A stretch of DNA of 42,621 bases from Pseudomonadota bacterium (GTDB lineage Bacteria; Bdellovibrionota_G; JALEGL01; DATDPG01), in assembly GCA_043804515.1 (NCBI GenBank), contig JAZDIZ010000005.1:1-42621 (forward strand), read 5' to 3'. The stretch's first letter is position 1. Every line of letters begins with the position of its first letter. The notes under the pieces were generated by a model. That model made no database searches, was not told where the DNA came from, and saw nothing but the letters and a program-made list of their open reading frames with translations. Below, in pieces: positions 11,501-18,003 of this stretch. The position numbers and the translations under genes were made by a program.

Positions 11501-11702
11501 TGATGGTCATCCGTCGTTTTGGCCCTGAGGCCTTAATGGCTGTTCGAATTGCGGTCTCGGCGTCTGTTTCGCTCCGTTTGTCGACACCGAAGAGAAGAAC
11601 TCCACGATTCCTACCCAGGTCGAACCACGCACTTTGTGGTGAGTCTGAGCAAGATATGGCCGGCCCTTCAACACCGATAGCAATGACCCGCCGCGATTCC
11701 AT
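8559..11702 (-). CDS. Degenerate cyclase-like N-terminus + STAND/AAA_16-type NTPase + TPR-like helical repeats (copy A)
   Basis: PIVGRATEL, Walker A GDAGIGKTRLL, Walker B IIFEDLHWAD, GNPLYVEE, LIASRFDKL, RFTHDLI, then Ala-rich helical repeats. Confidence 0.85.
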   Translation of the reverse strand: MESRRVIAIGVEGPAISCSDSPQSAWFDLGRNRGVLLFGVDKRSETDAETAIRTAIKASGPKRRMTIKEIAVELERGKPKLNWEAEFGAEIESLKAGDTSVSPNLAKIYERLFLFEYVKEAGKCIYLLRGERTDPSRLRGLTPELVPIVGRATELEQLEELIEQVAEDQGQIVDIVGDAGIGKTRLLAEFKESLTRRQTRYVEGSFSPHRATPYEGFRQVVVGLVGPGIQTLSRWEMTDAETDFLRVFLEPNAKIDRLVGMKEEEIRQGLFFAVRKLLRGAARTPLVIIFEDLHWADPHSINLMEYILDGLETTRLLLVLLHRPDLEPRWTKKLNYTEIRPAPLREDEIDRFAGTLLGVDRVALQLRRDLQRLSLGNPLYVEEVIRQQKESNSFAIETDAEGFRYAKPIGSLNAEMPTTLHALIASRFDKLPESHREVLQWLSLFGSSFEADEATVFLDSKQTQDLSAVMKELFHRNYLAEKSAFPKRIQRFTHDLIFEVIHESVSLEARQRRHTEIGEFLLKRHGTASSEALDRIAHHFIAGIPSPEAIKTILEAGRQATEFHRFLKAHQFFSAATTMWELLRLTVPSADEVFEPLVRSTIMVGDLGEVSQLFERWTFAGIGSNHESRGRFARLELMFFNLKADSEKALEASERALHEFQADPALEEHVIEMMHDRVQALLNGGRNRDAIHETLRALKRFEGEKYRTAQIRLWARVAFSITTTGNPEHALEYLRRAQSLIRPETPAPVQVEVMLRFGPTLERLGRGREAIGILSRAIEIAGEAGLRQLAARCRMNHGVHALEAGDYELALADARQVILEAREIRDRSTETFACVNYFDNLIDLGAAEAANRFWVEHSETLSHSDDRWADASVQGTRGSLSYLTGKYMDAAARYREAAAIRRTIGHHSGAGRALMNALQIEAEGKLRPINEITREFDSLASATQGTRWLDHQFILHGIAMALAALGGHPIHGLTPELQPRDCPIAWLRQLCYVARIKWLDSLKKCKEADELRDEYGKERERIAQNVPKEYLNDFMNHPLYKVPERAK

Positions 11703-14700
11703 CTACTTTGCTCGTTCGGGCACGCGGTAGTGTGGATGATTCGTGAAGTCTTGGAGGTATTCTTTCGGAACGCTCTGCGCAATACGCGCGCGTTCCTTGC
11801 GATATTCCGCGCGAAGCTCCTCGGCTTCTTTGTACTTTTTGAGCGAGTCGAGCCACTTGATCCGAGCCACGTAACAAAGCTGCCGGAGCCAGGCGTTGGG
11901 GCATTCGCGGGGCTGCAGGTTGGGATCGAATCCACTTTTGGGAGTTTGTCCCAACGCTGCCAGGATGATTGCGGTGGCGTTCATCTGAAAGCGGTAATCG
12001 AGCCATTTTGTTGGCTGAGACACCTGCGCGATCCCTTCGAATTCCTGGATGATCTCAGAAAATGGTCGAAGCCTCGCCTCGGCTTCAATTCGAAGACTAT
12101 GCAGAAAGGCCCGGGCGGCGCCCGCATGATGGCCCAATGCCTTTTTCTTTTGGCCACCGTCTCTATAGAACCGAGAAGACTCCCGATGGTGGCCCAGGAG
12201 ATTTTCTAGTGACGCGTGTATTGTAACGGCTGCTGCGCGGTCCCAGGGGTCACGCGACGCCGTAAGGAGGGCCTGGCTCTGTCTCCAAGCCTCTTCAGCC
12301 GGACGTGCGGCACCGAGATCAACCAAAGTATCCAAAATTCCGAAATGCCCGCGCAGCTCCGTCGAAGTGTCGCGTATCTCGGTTGCTTCAACACAGGTTT
12401 TTTTGTAATCCAGTAATGCAAGCGCGTAGTCGCCATCTTCCAGTGCAAACAGCGCACGATTCATGCGAGCCCGGGCAGCCTGCTGTCGAAGCCCTGCTTG
12501 CTGCGCAATTTCCATGGCTTTACCCATGATTTGCACAATCTCCCCATATTTGCCGAGACGCTCGAGCGTGGGGCCATACCTCATCAGCAACTCCACTTGT
12601 ACGGATGCAGGGGTGTCTTGGCGCACCAGGGCGCTTGCGCGTTCCAGATACTCCAGGGCGTGTTCGGGGTTTCCAGTCGTTGTGATTGAAAAGGCGATGC
12701 GTGCCCAGAGTCGAATGCGGGGAATGAGGTATTTCGCCGCATCAAATCTCTTTAAATAAGAGAGTGTTTCATGGATTGCGTCCTTATTGCGACCACTGCT
12801 CAGTAGCGCATGAATACGATCATGCAGCATTTCAACTAAGAGCTCCTCGAGTTCGGGGTGTGAACTAAACACCTTCAATGCCCTCTCTGAAGCTTCCACC
12901 CCCCTTACAGAATCCCCCAGGATGTTATGGTGGAGCAGCTCGAGTCTGGCGAATTTTCCTGCTGATACAGAATTCTCCTTTACTCCCGCCTGTTTCCACC
13001 GATCCAGGGCCTTGGGCACCTCCCCCAAGTCACTCACAAGGATTGTGGAACGGACCAGAGGCTCGAAAACGTCATCGGCCGCGGGACTCGCGGGCTGCTT
13101 GGCCTCCCACATTTCGGCGGCAGCGCGCAAAAACATGTGTGCGCGCGGAAGGCGATGAAAGGAAATTGCCTGATCGGCGACTTTGAGAAGAGTTTCAATC
13201 GCCTCCTTCGAAGGGACCCCCAGCATCAGGTATTCGGCCGCGCGTTCAAGGTTCTCCCCACTGATGGAGCCAGAATGATGAAGTACAAAAAAGCCGATTT
13301 CCGAACACCTTTTTTGACGCTCTTCCGAGGGTAGACTCTGACGTATGACTTCGAAGATGAGATCGTGTGTGAAACGGTGAACTCTCTTCGGAAAGGCGCT
13401 TTTTTCAGTCAAGTAGTGCTGAAGGAAGAGCTGTCCGAGAGTCTCTTCTGCGTTGGCACCGGTCTTTGTTTTGAGGAAAACGGCAAATTCTTGGGTCTCA
13501 AACGATGAGCCGAACATCGCACACCATTGCAGAGTTTCACGTTGTTCGAGTGGCAGCTGATCGAATCGGGATGCAATCAGTGCACGGAGTGTTCCTGGAA
13601 TCTCGAGCGCCGTTACGGAGTCCGCTCTCGCATAGTGCTGTCCCTTATTGTCAGCTTCGATTTCGATGGACTCACTAGCCTTTAAGTGCCGAATTAGCTC
13701 TTCGACGAAGAGTGGGTTTCCGAGGGAGAGGCGAAAGAGATCGCGTCGAAGCTGGAGAGCGATCCGATCAACGCGCAAGAGTGTGCCCGCGAATTGGTCG
13801 ATCTCATCTTCTCGAAGAGGGGATAGGCGGATCTCGTTGTAGTTGAGCCGTGAATTCCAGGTCGGCTCCAGATTTGGGCGATGGACCAAAACCAACAGGA
13901 GACGTGTTTGTTCCAGTCCTTCGAGAAGATAACCTAGGAGATTGATTGAGGCTGGATCGGCCCAATGAAGGTTCTCCAGAATGACAACAAGAGGTACTCG
14001 AGCGGTGGCATGGAGCAGTTTTCGAACTGCGTAGAAAAGCCCCTGCCAGATTTCTTCCTCTTTCATCCCTTCCAATCCCGCGATCTTGGCGTTTGGCTCC
14101 AGGAGTAGGCGGAGAAAGTTGGTCTCGGCTTCCGTCATCTCCCAGCGGGAAAGGGTCTCGATTTCCGATCCAACAAGGCCAACAGCGACTTGCCGGAATC
14201 CCTCGTAAGGATGTGGGTTTTGAGGCGAAAACGCCCCCTCAGCAAAGCGCATCTGTCGTCGGGCCAGATGCACTTTGAACTCGGCCAGGAGCCTTGTCTT
14301 TCCGATCCCCGCATCTCCGACGATGCCGATGATTTGTCCTTGGTCCTCTGTTATCTGCTCAACCAATTCTTCAAGGGATTTGAGCTCAAGCTCTCGACCG
14401 ACGATCGGCACAAAATCGGGTACCAGACTCCGGAAGTGTTCGGAGCGCTCTTGTGCGGTACGAAGAAAAGAGAGTTTCACTCCCTGGACGCGCACCTCTT
14501 CGAAATGGAAAAGTCGCTCATACTTCTGCGCGATCGTGGGCTCGACGACGATATCCCCAGGTATAAGCAAGCGCAGGTGGTCCGCAAATGCTGCGTTCCA
14601 GTCTAGATCAATTCGGTCTCCTCCTATTTGGACCTCGATCTCTCTTACGAAAAGCTTTCGCTCCGGCATGGAAACTTCGAGGGCAGCGCGAAGGGCGTTT

Positions 14701-14846
14701 TCGGTGTCGATTTCTTGTGGTTTGAACCAGCCGAAGATCAGTGCGCCTGTGCGAGGACTGGCGCTCACCCATCGGACATCGGATGCGGCCTGAGCTGAAA
14801 GCGGCTCACCCTCCACGCCGATCGCAATAACCCTCCGTGTCTCCAC
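11703..14846 (-). CDS. Degenerate cyclase-like N-terminus + STAND/AAA_16-type NTPase + TPR-like helical repeats (copy B)
   Basis: Same architecture and length (1047 aa); GDAGIGKTRLL, VILENLHWAD, GNPLFVEE; GTG start after an AGAGGGG RBS. Confidence 0.85.
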   Translation of the reverse strand: METRRVIAIGVEGEPLSAQAASDVRWVSASPRTGALIFGWFKPQEIDTENALRAALEVSMPERKLFVREIEVQIGGDRIDLDWNAAFADHLRLLIPGDIVVEPTIAQKYERLFHFEEVRVQGVKLSFLRTAQERSEHFRSLVPDFVPIVGRELELKSLEELVEQITEDQGQIIGIVGDAGIGKTRLLAEFKVHLARRQMRFAEGAFSPQNPHPYEGFRQVAVGLVGSEIETLSRWEMTEAETNFLRLLLEPNAKIAGLEGMKEEEIWQGLFYAVRKLLHATARVPLVVILENLHWADPASINLLGYLLEGLEQTRLLLVLVHRPNLEPTWNSRLNYNEIRLSPLREDEIDQFAGTLLRVDRIALQLRRDLFRLSLGNPLFVEELIRHLKASESIEIEADNKGQHYARADSVTALEIPGTLRALIASRFDQLPLEQRETLQWCAMFGSSFETQEFAVFLKTKTGANAEETLGQLFLQHYLTEKSAFPKRVHRFTHDLIFEVIRQSLPSEERQKRCSEIGFFVLHHSGSISGENLERAAEYLMLGVPSKEAIETLLKVADQAISFHRLPRAHMFLRAAAEMWEAKQPASPAADDVFEPLVRSTILVSDLGEVPKALDRWKQAGVKENSVSAGKFARLELLHHNILGDSVRGVEASERALKVFSSHPELEELLVEMLHDRIHALLSSGRNKDAIHETLSYLKRFDAAKYLIPRIRLWARIAFSITTTGNPEHALEYLERASALVRQDTPASVQVELLMRYGPTLERLGKYGEIVQIMGKAMEIAQQAGLRQQAARARMNRALFALEDGDYALALLDYKKTCVEATEIRDTSTELRGHFGILDTLVDLGAARPAEEAWRQSQALLTASRDPWDRAAAVTIHASLENLLGHHRESSRFYRDGGQKKKALGHHAGAARAFLHSLRIEAEARLRPFSEIIQEFEGIAQVSQPTKWLDYRFQMNATAIILAALGQTPKSGFDPNLQPRECPNAWLRQLCYVARIKWLDSLKKYKEAEELRAEYRKERARIAQSVPKEYLQDFTNHPHYRVPERAK

Positions 14847-14914
14847 GTTCCCCTCTTTAACCGAAGCCAGCTCAAGTGACTATTTTCAAGGGGGAATGTC
14901 CATTATTTCGACCG

Positions 14915-15050
14915 GAAACCAAAGTTACGAAACCAAAGTTCCGGTTACGCCTCACGGAAAGCCTTTGAAAGGCCTCGTGTTTTAAATATGTAATAATATC
15001 AATATCTTGGGTCGTATATTGGAATGGTAACAATTGGCACGCCCCTCGCA
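14915..15050 (+). promoter_or_regulatory. Putative sigma-54 promoter with IHF site and upstream activator repeats
   Basis: TTGGCACGCCCCTCGCA at 15034-15050 (GG-N10-GC); TATCAATATCTTG at 14997-15009 matches IHF consensus WATCAANNNNTTR after an AT tract; direct repeat GAAACCAAAGTT at 14915 and 14929. Confidence 0.68.
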
Positions 15051-15062
15051 TGGAGAAGGGGC

Positions 15063-15644
15063 ATGATGCACGCGAAAAAGGGAATCTCGATCTTGGCGGG
15101 CCTTAGCATTGCCTACCTCCTCGGGGGTTGTAGTGCTCAGGGTGTCAATCCGACGATGAGGGCACAGAACGTGCTGATCGAGTCCGCCAACTGCGCTCAG
15201 AATACAAATGCCCTTTCCAGGACTGGTGACGGTGGTGGACAACGCACCGGAATTCAAGCATTGGTTCGTCCAGTTCTGGGTGACGGTGGTGGACAACGCA
15301 CTGGAATTCAAGCATTGGTTCGTCCGGTTCCGGGTGATGGTGGTGGACAAAGGACAGCCACTACTTTGGCAAAACGAATTGGCGACGGCGGCGGTCAGTC
15401 TCCTGCTATCTATGGTCTTGATGGAGAATGTTCGAACCTGGTTGCTCATATAACTGGTGACACAGAGAACACGGATTCCGTGCTGGTCACCATCGATGGC
15501 CAAGAATTCTCGATCACGGTTGATGCGAACGGACACTTTGAGGCCCTGATTCCGGTTTCGGAGGTGCCGCAGAACGTGATTCTGACGGCATACGCTGGAG
15601 AGATTGCCGGGATGGCGGTGGATGCATCAGCACTTTTGAAATAA
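15063..15644 (+). CDS. Hypothetical lipoprotein with four GDGGGQ repeats and a beta-rich (Ig-like?) C-terminus
   Basis: MMHAKKGISILAGLSIAYLLGG|C lipobox; GDGGGQ(R/S) x4; C-terminal VLVTIDGQEFSITVDANGHFEALIPV; followed by a terminator. Confidence 0.8.
   Translation: MMHAKKGISILAGLSIAYLLGGCSAQGVNPTMRAQNVLIESANCAQNTNALSRTGDGGGQRTGIQALVRPVLGDGGGQRTGIQALVRPVPGDGGGQRTATTLAKRIGDGGGQSPAIYGLDGECSNLVAHITGDTENTDSVLVTIDGQEFSITVDANGHFEALIPVSEVPQNVILTAYAGEIAGMAVDASALLK
15225..15398 (+). repeat. In-frame 54/54/48-bp tandem repeats
   Basis: Units start at 15225, 15279, 15333 and 15381 with GG(T/C)GA(C/T)GG(T/C)GG(T/C)GG; the first two units are near-identical. Confidence 0.92.
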
Positions 15645-15675
15645 ACGATTAAACCCTCCTCCTTGCCCCCTATTT

Positions 15676-15708
15676 AGAAACTCCCCCGAAAGCGGGGAGT
15701 TTCTTTTT
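15676..15708 (+). terminator. Rho-independent terminator
   Basis: AGAAACTCCCC-cgaaagc-GGGGAGTTTCT stem followed by a T tract. Confidence 0.85.
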
Positions 15709-15808
15709 GGCAGAAAAATCCGGATTCCGGCAGACCGGCAGCGGTGATCGGTCACCGTACCGGTGATCCGGGATCAGATGAGTCCGTACCGAACAGATAT
15801 GTAGTGGA

Positions 15809-16090
15809 TCAGGCGGCTTTGGTTGTGACGATACGGAAACGGTAGCCGAGCGCGGCCAGGAGATTCAGGAGAACGTCGAAGGACACCCGGGCGGTTCCCA
15901 CGCCGGACTCGATTTGAGCGATCCGACCTTGCGTGACTCCCACATTATCGGCCAGCTTGGCTTGGGACATTTTGAGGTCTTTACGTACGCTCACAATGAG
16001 ATCGATGAGTTGTTGTTTTTCCCGGACCTCGTTCTGATTCACGCCGAGGGCCTTCGCAAGCTGAGCGACGGATCTGTCTTTCCACGGCAT
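15809..16090 (-). CDS. XRE-HTH antitoxin (HigA-like)
   Basis: RKDLKMSQAKLADNVGVTQGRIAQIESG; lies downstream of the toxin. Confidence 0.85.
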   Translation of the reverse strand: MPWKDRSVAQLAKALGVNQNEVREKQQLIDLIVSVRKDLKMSQAKLADNVGVTQGRIAQIESGVGTARVSFDVLLNLLAALGYRFRIVTTKAA

Positions 16091-16094
16091 GGCG

Positions 16095-16427
16095 CTATAC
16101 CTCCCGGATTCGTCTCAAAGCGACGTCGATTTCCCTTTGGGGGAGTTTCTGCGTTCGTTTCCTGAAGGCGTGAAGGACGTAGACGGCCTCTGCCTTCTTG
16201 ATGAAGTATAAGACCCTCACGTGCCCGGTCCGGTCCTTGAGACGAAGCTCGTTTAACCCGTGATGGATCGCGGAAAGGTTCCGGTTTACCGGCATTCCCA
16301 ACGGTCTCCCGCCGGTCAGCAGGTTCACTGCATCGAGGAAATCGGACCGGAGATCCACCGACTGCTCCTGGAAAAACTCCTCCACCGGACTTCGGCCTGA
16401 ACTCGTCACGTAAAACTTAACCTTCAT
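16095..16427 (-). CDS. RelE/HigB-like (Gp49-type) toxin
   Basis: GRSPVEEF...GLNELRLK...VRVLYF...YVLHAFRKRTQKLP. Confidence 0.88.
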   Translation of the reverse strand: MKVKFYVTSSGRSPVEEFFQEQSVDLRSDFLDAVNLLTGGRPLGMPVNRNLSAIHHGLNELRLKDRTGHVRVLYFIKKAEAVYVLHAFRKRTQKLPQREIDVALRRIREV

Positions 16428-16431
16428 ATAG

Positions 16432-16460
16432 ATTATAAGTCCTGGCTAATAATGAGTCAA
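16432..16460 (-). promoter_or_regulatory. Consensus sigma-70 promoter, probably leaderless
   Basis: TTGACT-17 nt-TATAAT-ctat-ATG(16427); no Shine-Dalgarno sequence. Confidence 0.8.
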
Positions 16461-16493
16461 CGCTAATACCTCGTGAATCCCGCTCCTGCCCTT

Positions 16494-16510
16494 AGCATAT
16501 GTCGTGCCAA
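16494..16510 (-). promoter_or_regulatory. Sigma-54 -24/-12-like motif
   Basis: Minus strand TTGGCACGACATATGCT (GG-N10-GC). Confidence 0.55.
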
Positions 16511-16781
16511 GGCGAAGTCTGATTGGTCCCTCGGATGCCGGCCAACGGGGACGGAGACGGAATGGCGGATTGCCTTGATGCCTGGGGCCGACGCCAACCA
16601 TGTTGGGATGGGTTGGAGCGTCCTTAAGACAGACCCGGATTCGATTTCCGGAATCCGAAGACCGGTATCCGGGTCCAGATGAGGGCGATCCATAGGTGAC
16701 AGCCGATCTATGCGTTTCTAGCGCGGCACGGCGGTTGCTCTTGTTGGCGACGTGCCGGTCGCGGGTCCAGGTTTGCAGGCG

Positions 16782-16811
16782 TTGACCACTGTACACGTAT
16801 TCGTGTACACT
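16782..16811 (+). promoter_or_regulatory. hicAB promoter with operator palindrome
   Basis: TTGACC-18 nt-TACACT; perfect inverted repeat TGTACACG-tatt-CGTGTACA at 16790-16809. Confidence 0.72.
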
Positions 16812-16828
16812 TTGTGGAGTGTTGAACG

Positions 16829-17014
16829 GTAAAAAAGCGCGAACTGGAGCGGGTCTTGAGGGCGTTAGGCTGGCGTTTCTTGCGGCAGGGCGGAAGTCAC
16901 GAGATTTGGATCAACGGGATCGACGTGGAAGCAATCCCGCGGCATTTCGAGATCAACGAAAACACGGCCAAGGCGATCATCAAGCGTGTGAGGAATCGCC
17001 CGCCCGAGGCGTGA
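16829..17014 (+). CDS. hicA: HicA-family toxin lacking a canonical start codon (GTA at the expected position); possibly a pseudogene
   Basis: Not in the ORF track. Manual translation gives (V)KKRELERVLRALGWRFLRQGGSHEIWINGIDVEAIPRHFEINENTAKAIIKRVRNRPPEA*, with HicA GSH and PRH motifs. Confidence 0.85.
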   Translation, partial: VKKRELERVLRALGWRFLRQGGSHEIWINGIDVEAIPRHFEINENTAKAIIKRVRNRPPEA

Positions 17015-17027
17015 TGAGGGGTAAGCC

Positions 17028-17450
17028 ATGAGAATTGAAGGAAAGGTCACACCACCGAAGGGGAGGAAGAACCGATTCTGGGGCGTGGAAATTCCCCTGC
17101 TTGAGGTTTACACGCAGGGGAAATCCCGCGAGGACGCATATCGTATGGCCCGGGATGCGATCGAAAGCCTGGTGAACAAAAAGGGTTTCAGCGTGACGAT
17201 CACACCGGCAAAAAGAAATCTCTTCGAGGTCTCCTCCGACGACTTCGCCACATTTCTCGCGTTTGTTCTGACCCGGCTACGGACGAGCCACCATCTGTCG
17301 GCACGCGAGGTATCAGAACGGCTCTCGTCGTCGTCGCCTAACGCCTACGTTCGATACGAACGAGGGAAGGCGATGCCTAAGCTGAATACCCTGCTGCAGC
17401 TTCTTCGGGCCATCGACCCGAGGCTGTCGCTTGTATTGAAAGGCGCCTAG
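17028..17450 (+). CDS. hicB: HicB-family antitoxin with C-terminal XRE-HTH
   Basis: WGVEIPLLEVYTQGKSREDAYRMARDAI (HicB core) followed by LSAREVSERL...YVRYERGKAMP. Confidence 0.85.
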   Translation: MRIEGKVTPPKGRKNRFWGVEIPLLEVYTQGKSREDAYRMARDAIESLVNKKGFSVTITPAKRNLFEVSSDDFATFLAFVLTRLRTSHHLSAREVSERLSSSSPNAYVRYERGKAMPKLNTLLQLLRAIDPRLSLVLKGA

Positions 17451-17565
17451 GGGGTCGGCACTCATTTGGGGACGGAGGCCGGACTTCAGTCCTCCAGGGA
17501 CCGGAAACGGGACCTGGCAACTGCGCGCGTTTTCATAACGGCCTGAAACCAGACGCGATTTCCTG

Positions 17566-17582
17566 TTGGCACGCGGAGTGCT
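17566..17582 (+). promoter_or_regulatory. Sigma-54 -24/-12-like motif
   Basis: TTGGCACGCGGAGTGCT (GG-N10-GC), followed by GGGGAG and ATG 17603. Confidence 0.5.
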
Positions 17583-17667
17583 CTTGGGGAGCATTGGTGC
17601 CTATGAAGTTTCTTTCTTCCCGCGGTTGTGTGATTGACGAAGATAGCCAATTGGAGATATCCTTAAC

Positions 17668-18003
17668 ATGAAAGTTAAGTTGTACCGGTCCGATCGTGGC
17701 AGAAGTCCGGTGGAGGAATTCATCGACGGCCTCCCCAAAAGGGACCAGGCGCGGTTTCTCGGCGCGCTTCTCGGAATTGAAGCGGAGGGCTTTCAATGTG
17801 CCGGAGTTGGGTTCCGCAAGCTGCATGGAAAGCTTTGGGAGATGAAGCTTCGGACGGAAGGCGGCGCGTACCGGATTGCATATGTGGTCGTCCCAGGAGG
17901 GCTAATGGTTTGGCTTCATGCGTTTAAGAAGAAGACCCAGAAGACCGACCTCAACGATCTCCGATTGGCCGAACGCCGCATGAAGGAGGTGCTCAATGCG
18001 TAA
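17668..18003 (+). CDS. RelE/HigB-like (Gp49-type) toxin
   Basis: GRSPVEEFI...KLWEMKLR...YRIAY...WLHAFKKKTQKT; TTGACG-18 nt-TATCCT just upstream. Confidence 0.88.
   Translation: MKVKLYRSDRGRSPVEEFIDGLPKRDQARFLGALLGIEAEGFQCAGVGFRKLHGKLWEMKLRTEGGAYRIAYVVVPGGLMVWLHAFKKKTQKTDLNDLRLAERRMKEVLNA

Noticed and set aside
8559..14846. Assignment to a known Avs or bNACHT defence system
   Set aside because: No nuclease, protease, SIR2, TIR or TM effector recognisable; motifs match the cyclase-associated AAA_16 type. An HMM search is needed.
15225..15398. CRISPR array or DGR-like repeats
   Set aside because: Units are in-frame multiples of 3 within a coding lipoprotein, the spacers of units 1 and 2 are near-identical, and no cas or reverse transcriptase gene is present
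16831..16837. AAAAAAG as a programmed -1 frameshift producing HicA
   Set aside because: The A_AAA_AAG phase is already the HicA frame; entry from GTG 16819 would need +1, so the classical -1 mechanism does not fit
16819..17031. 70-aa ORF from the track
   Set aside because: No recognisable motifs; the +1 frame encodes a clear HicA
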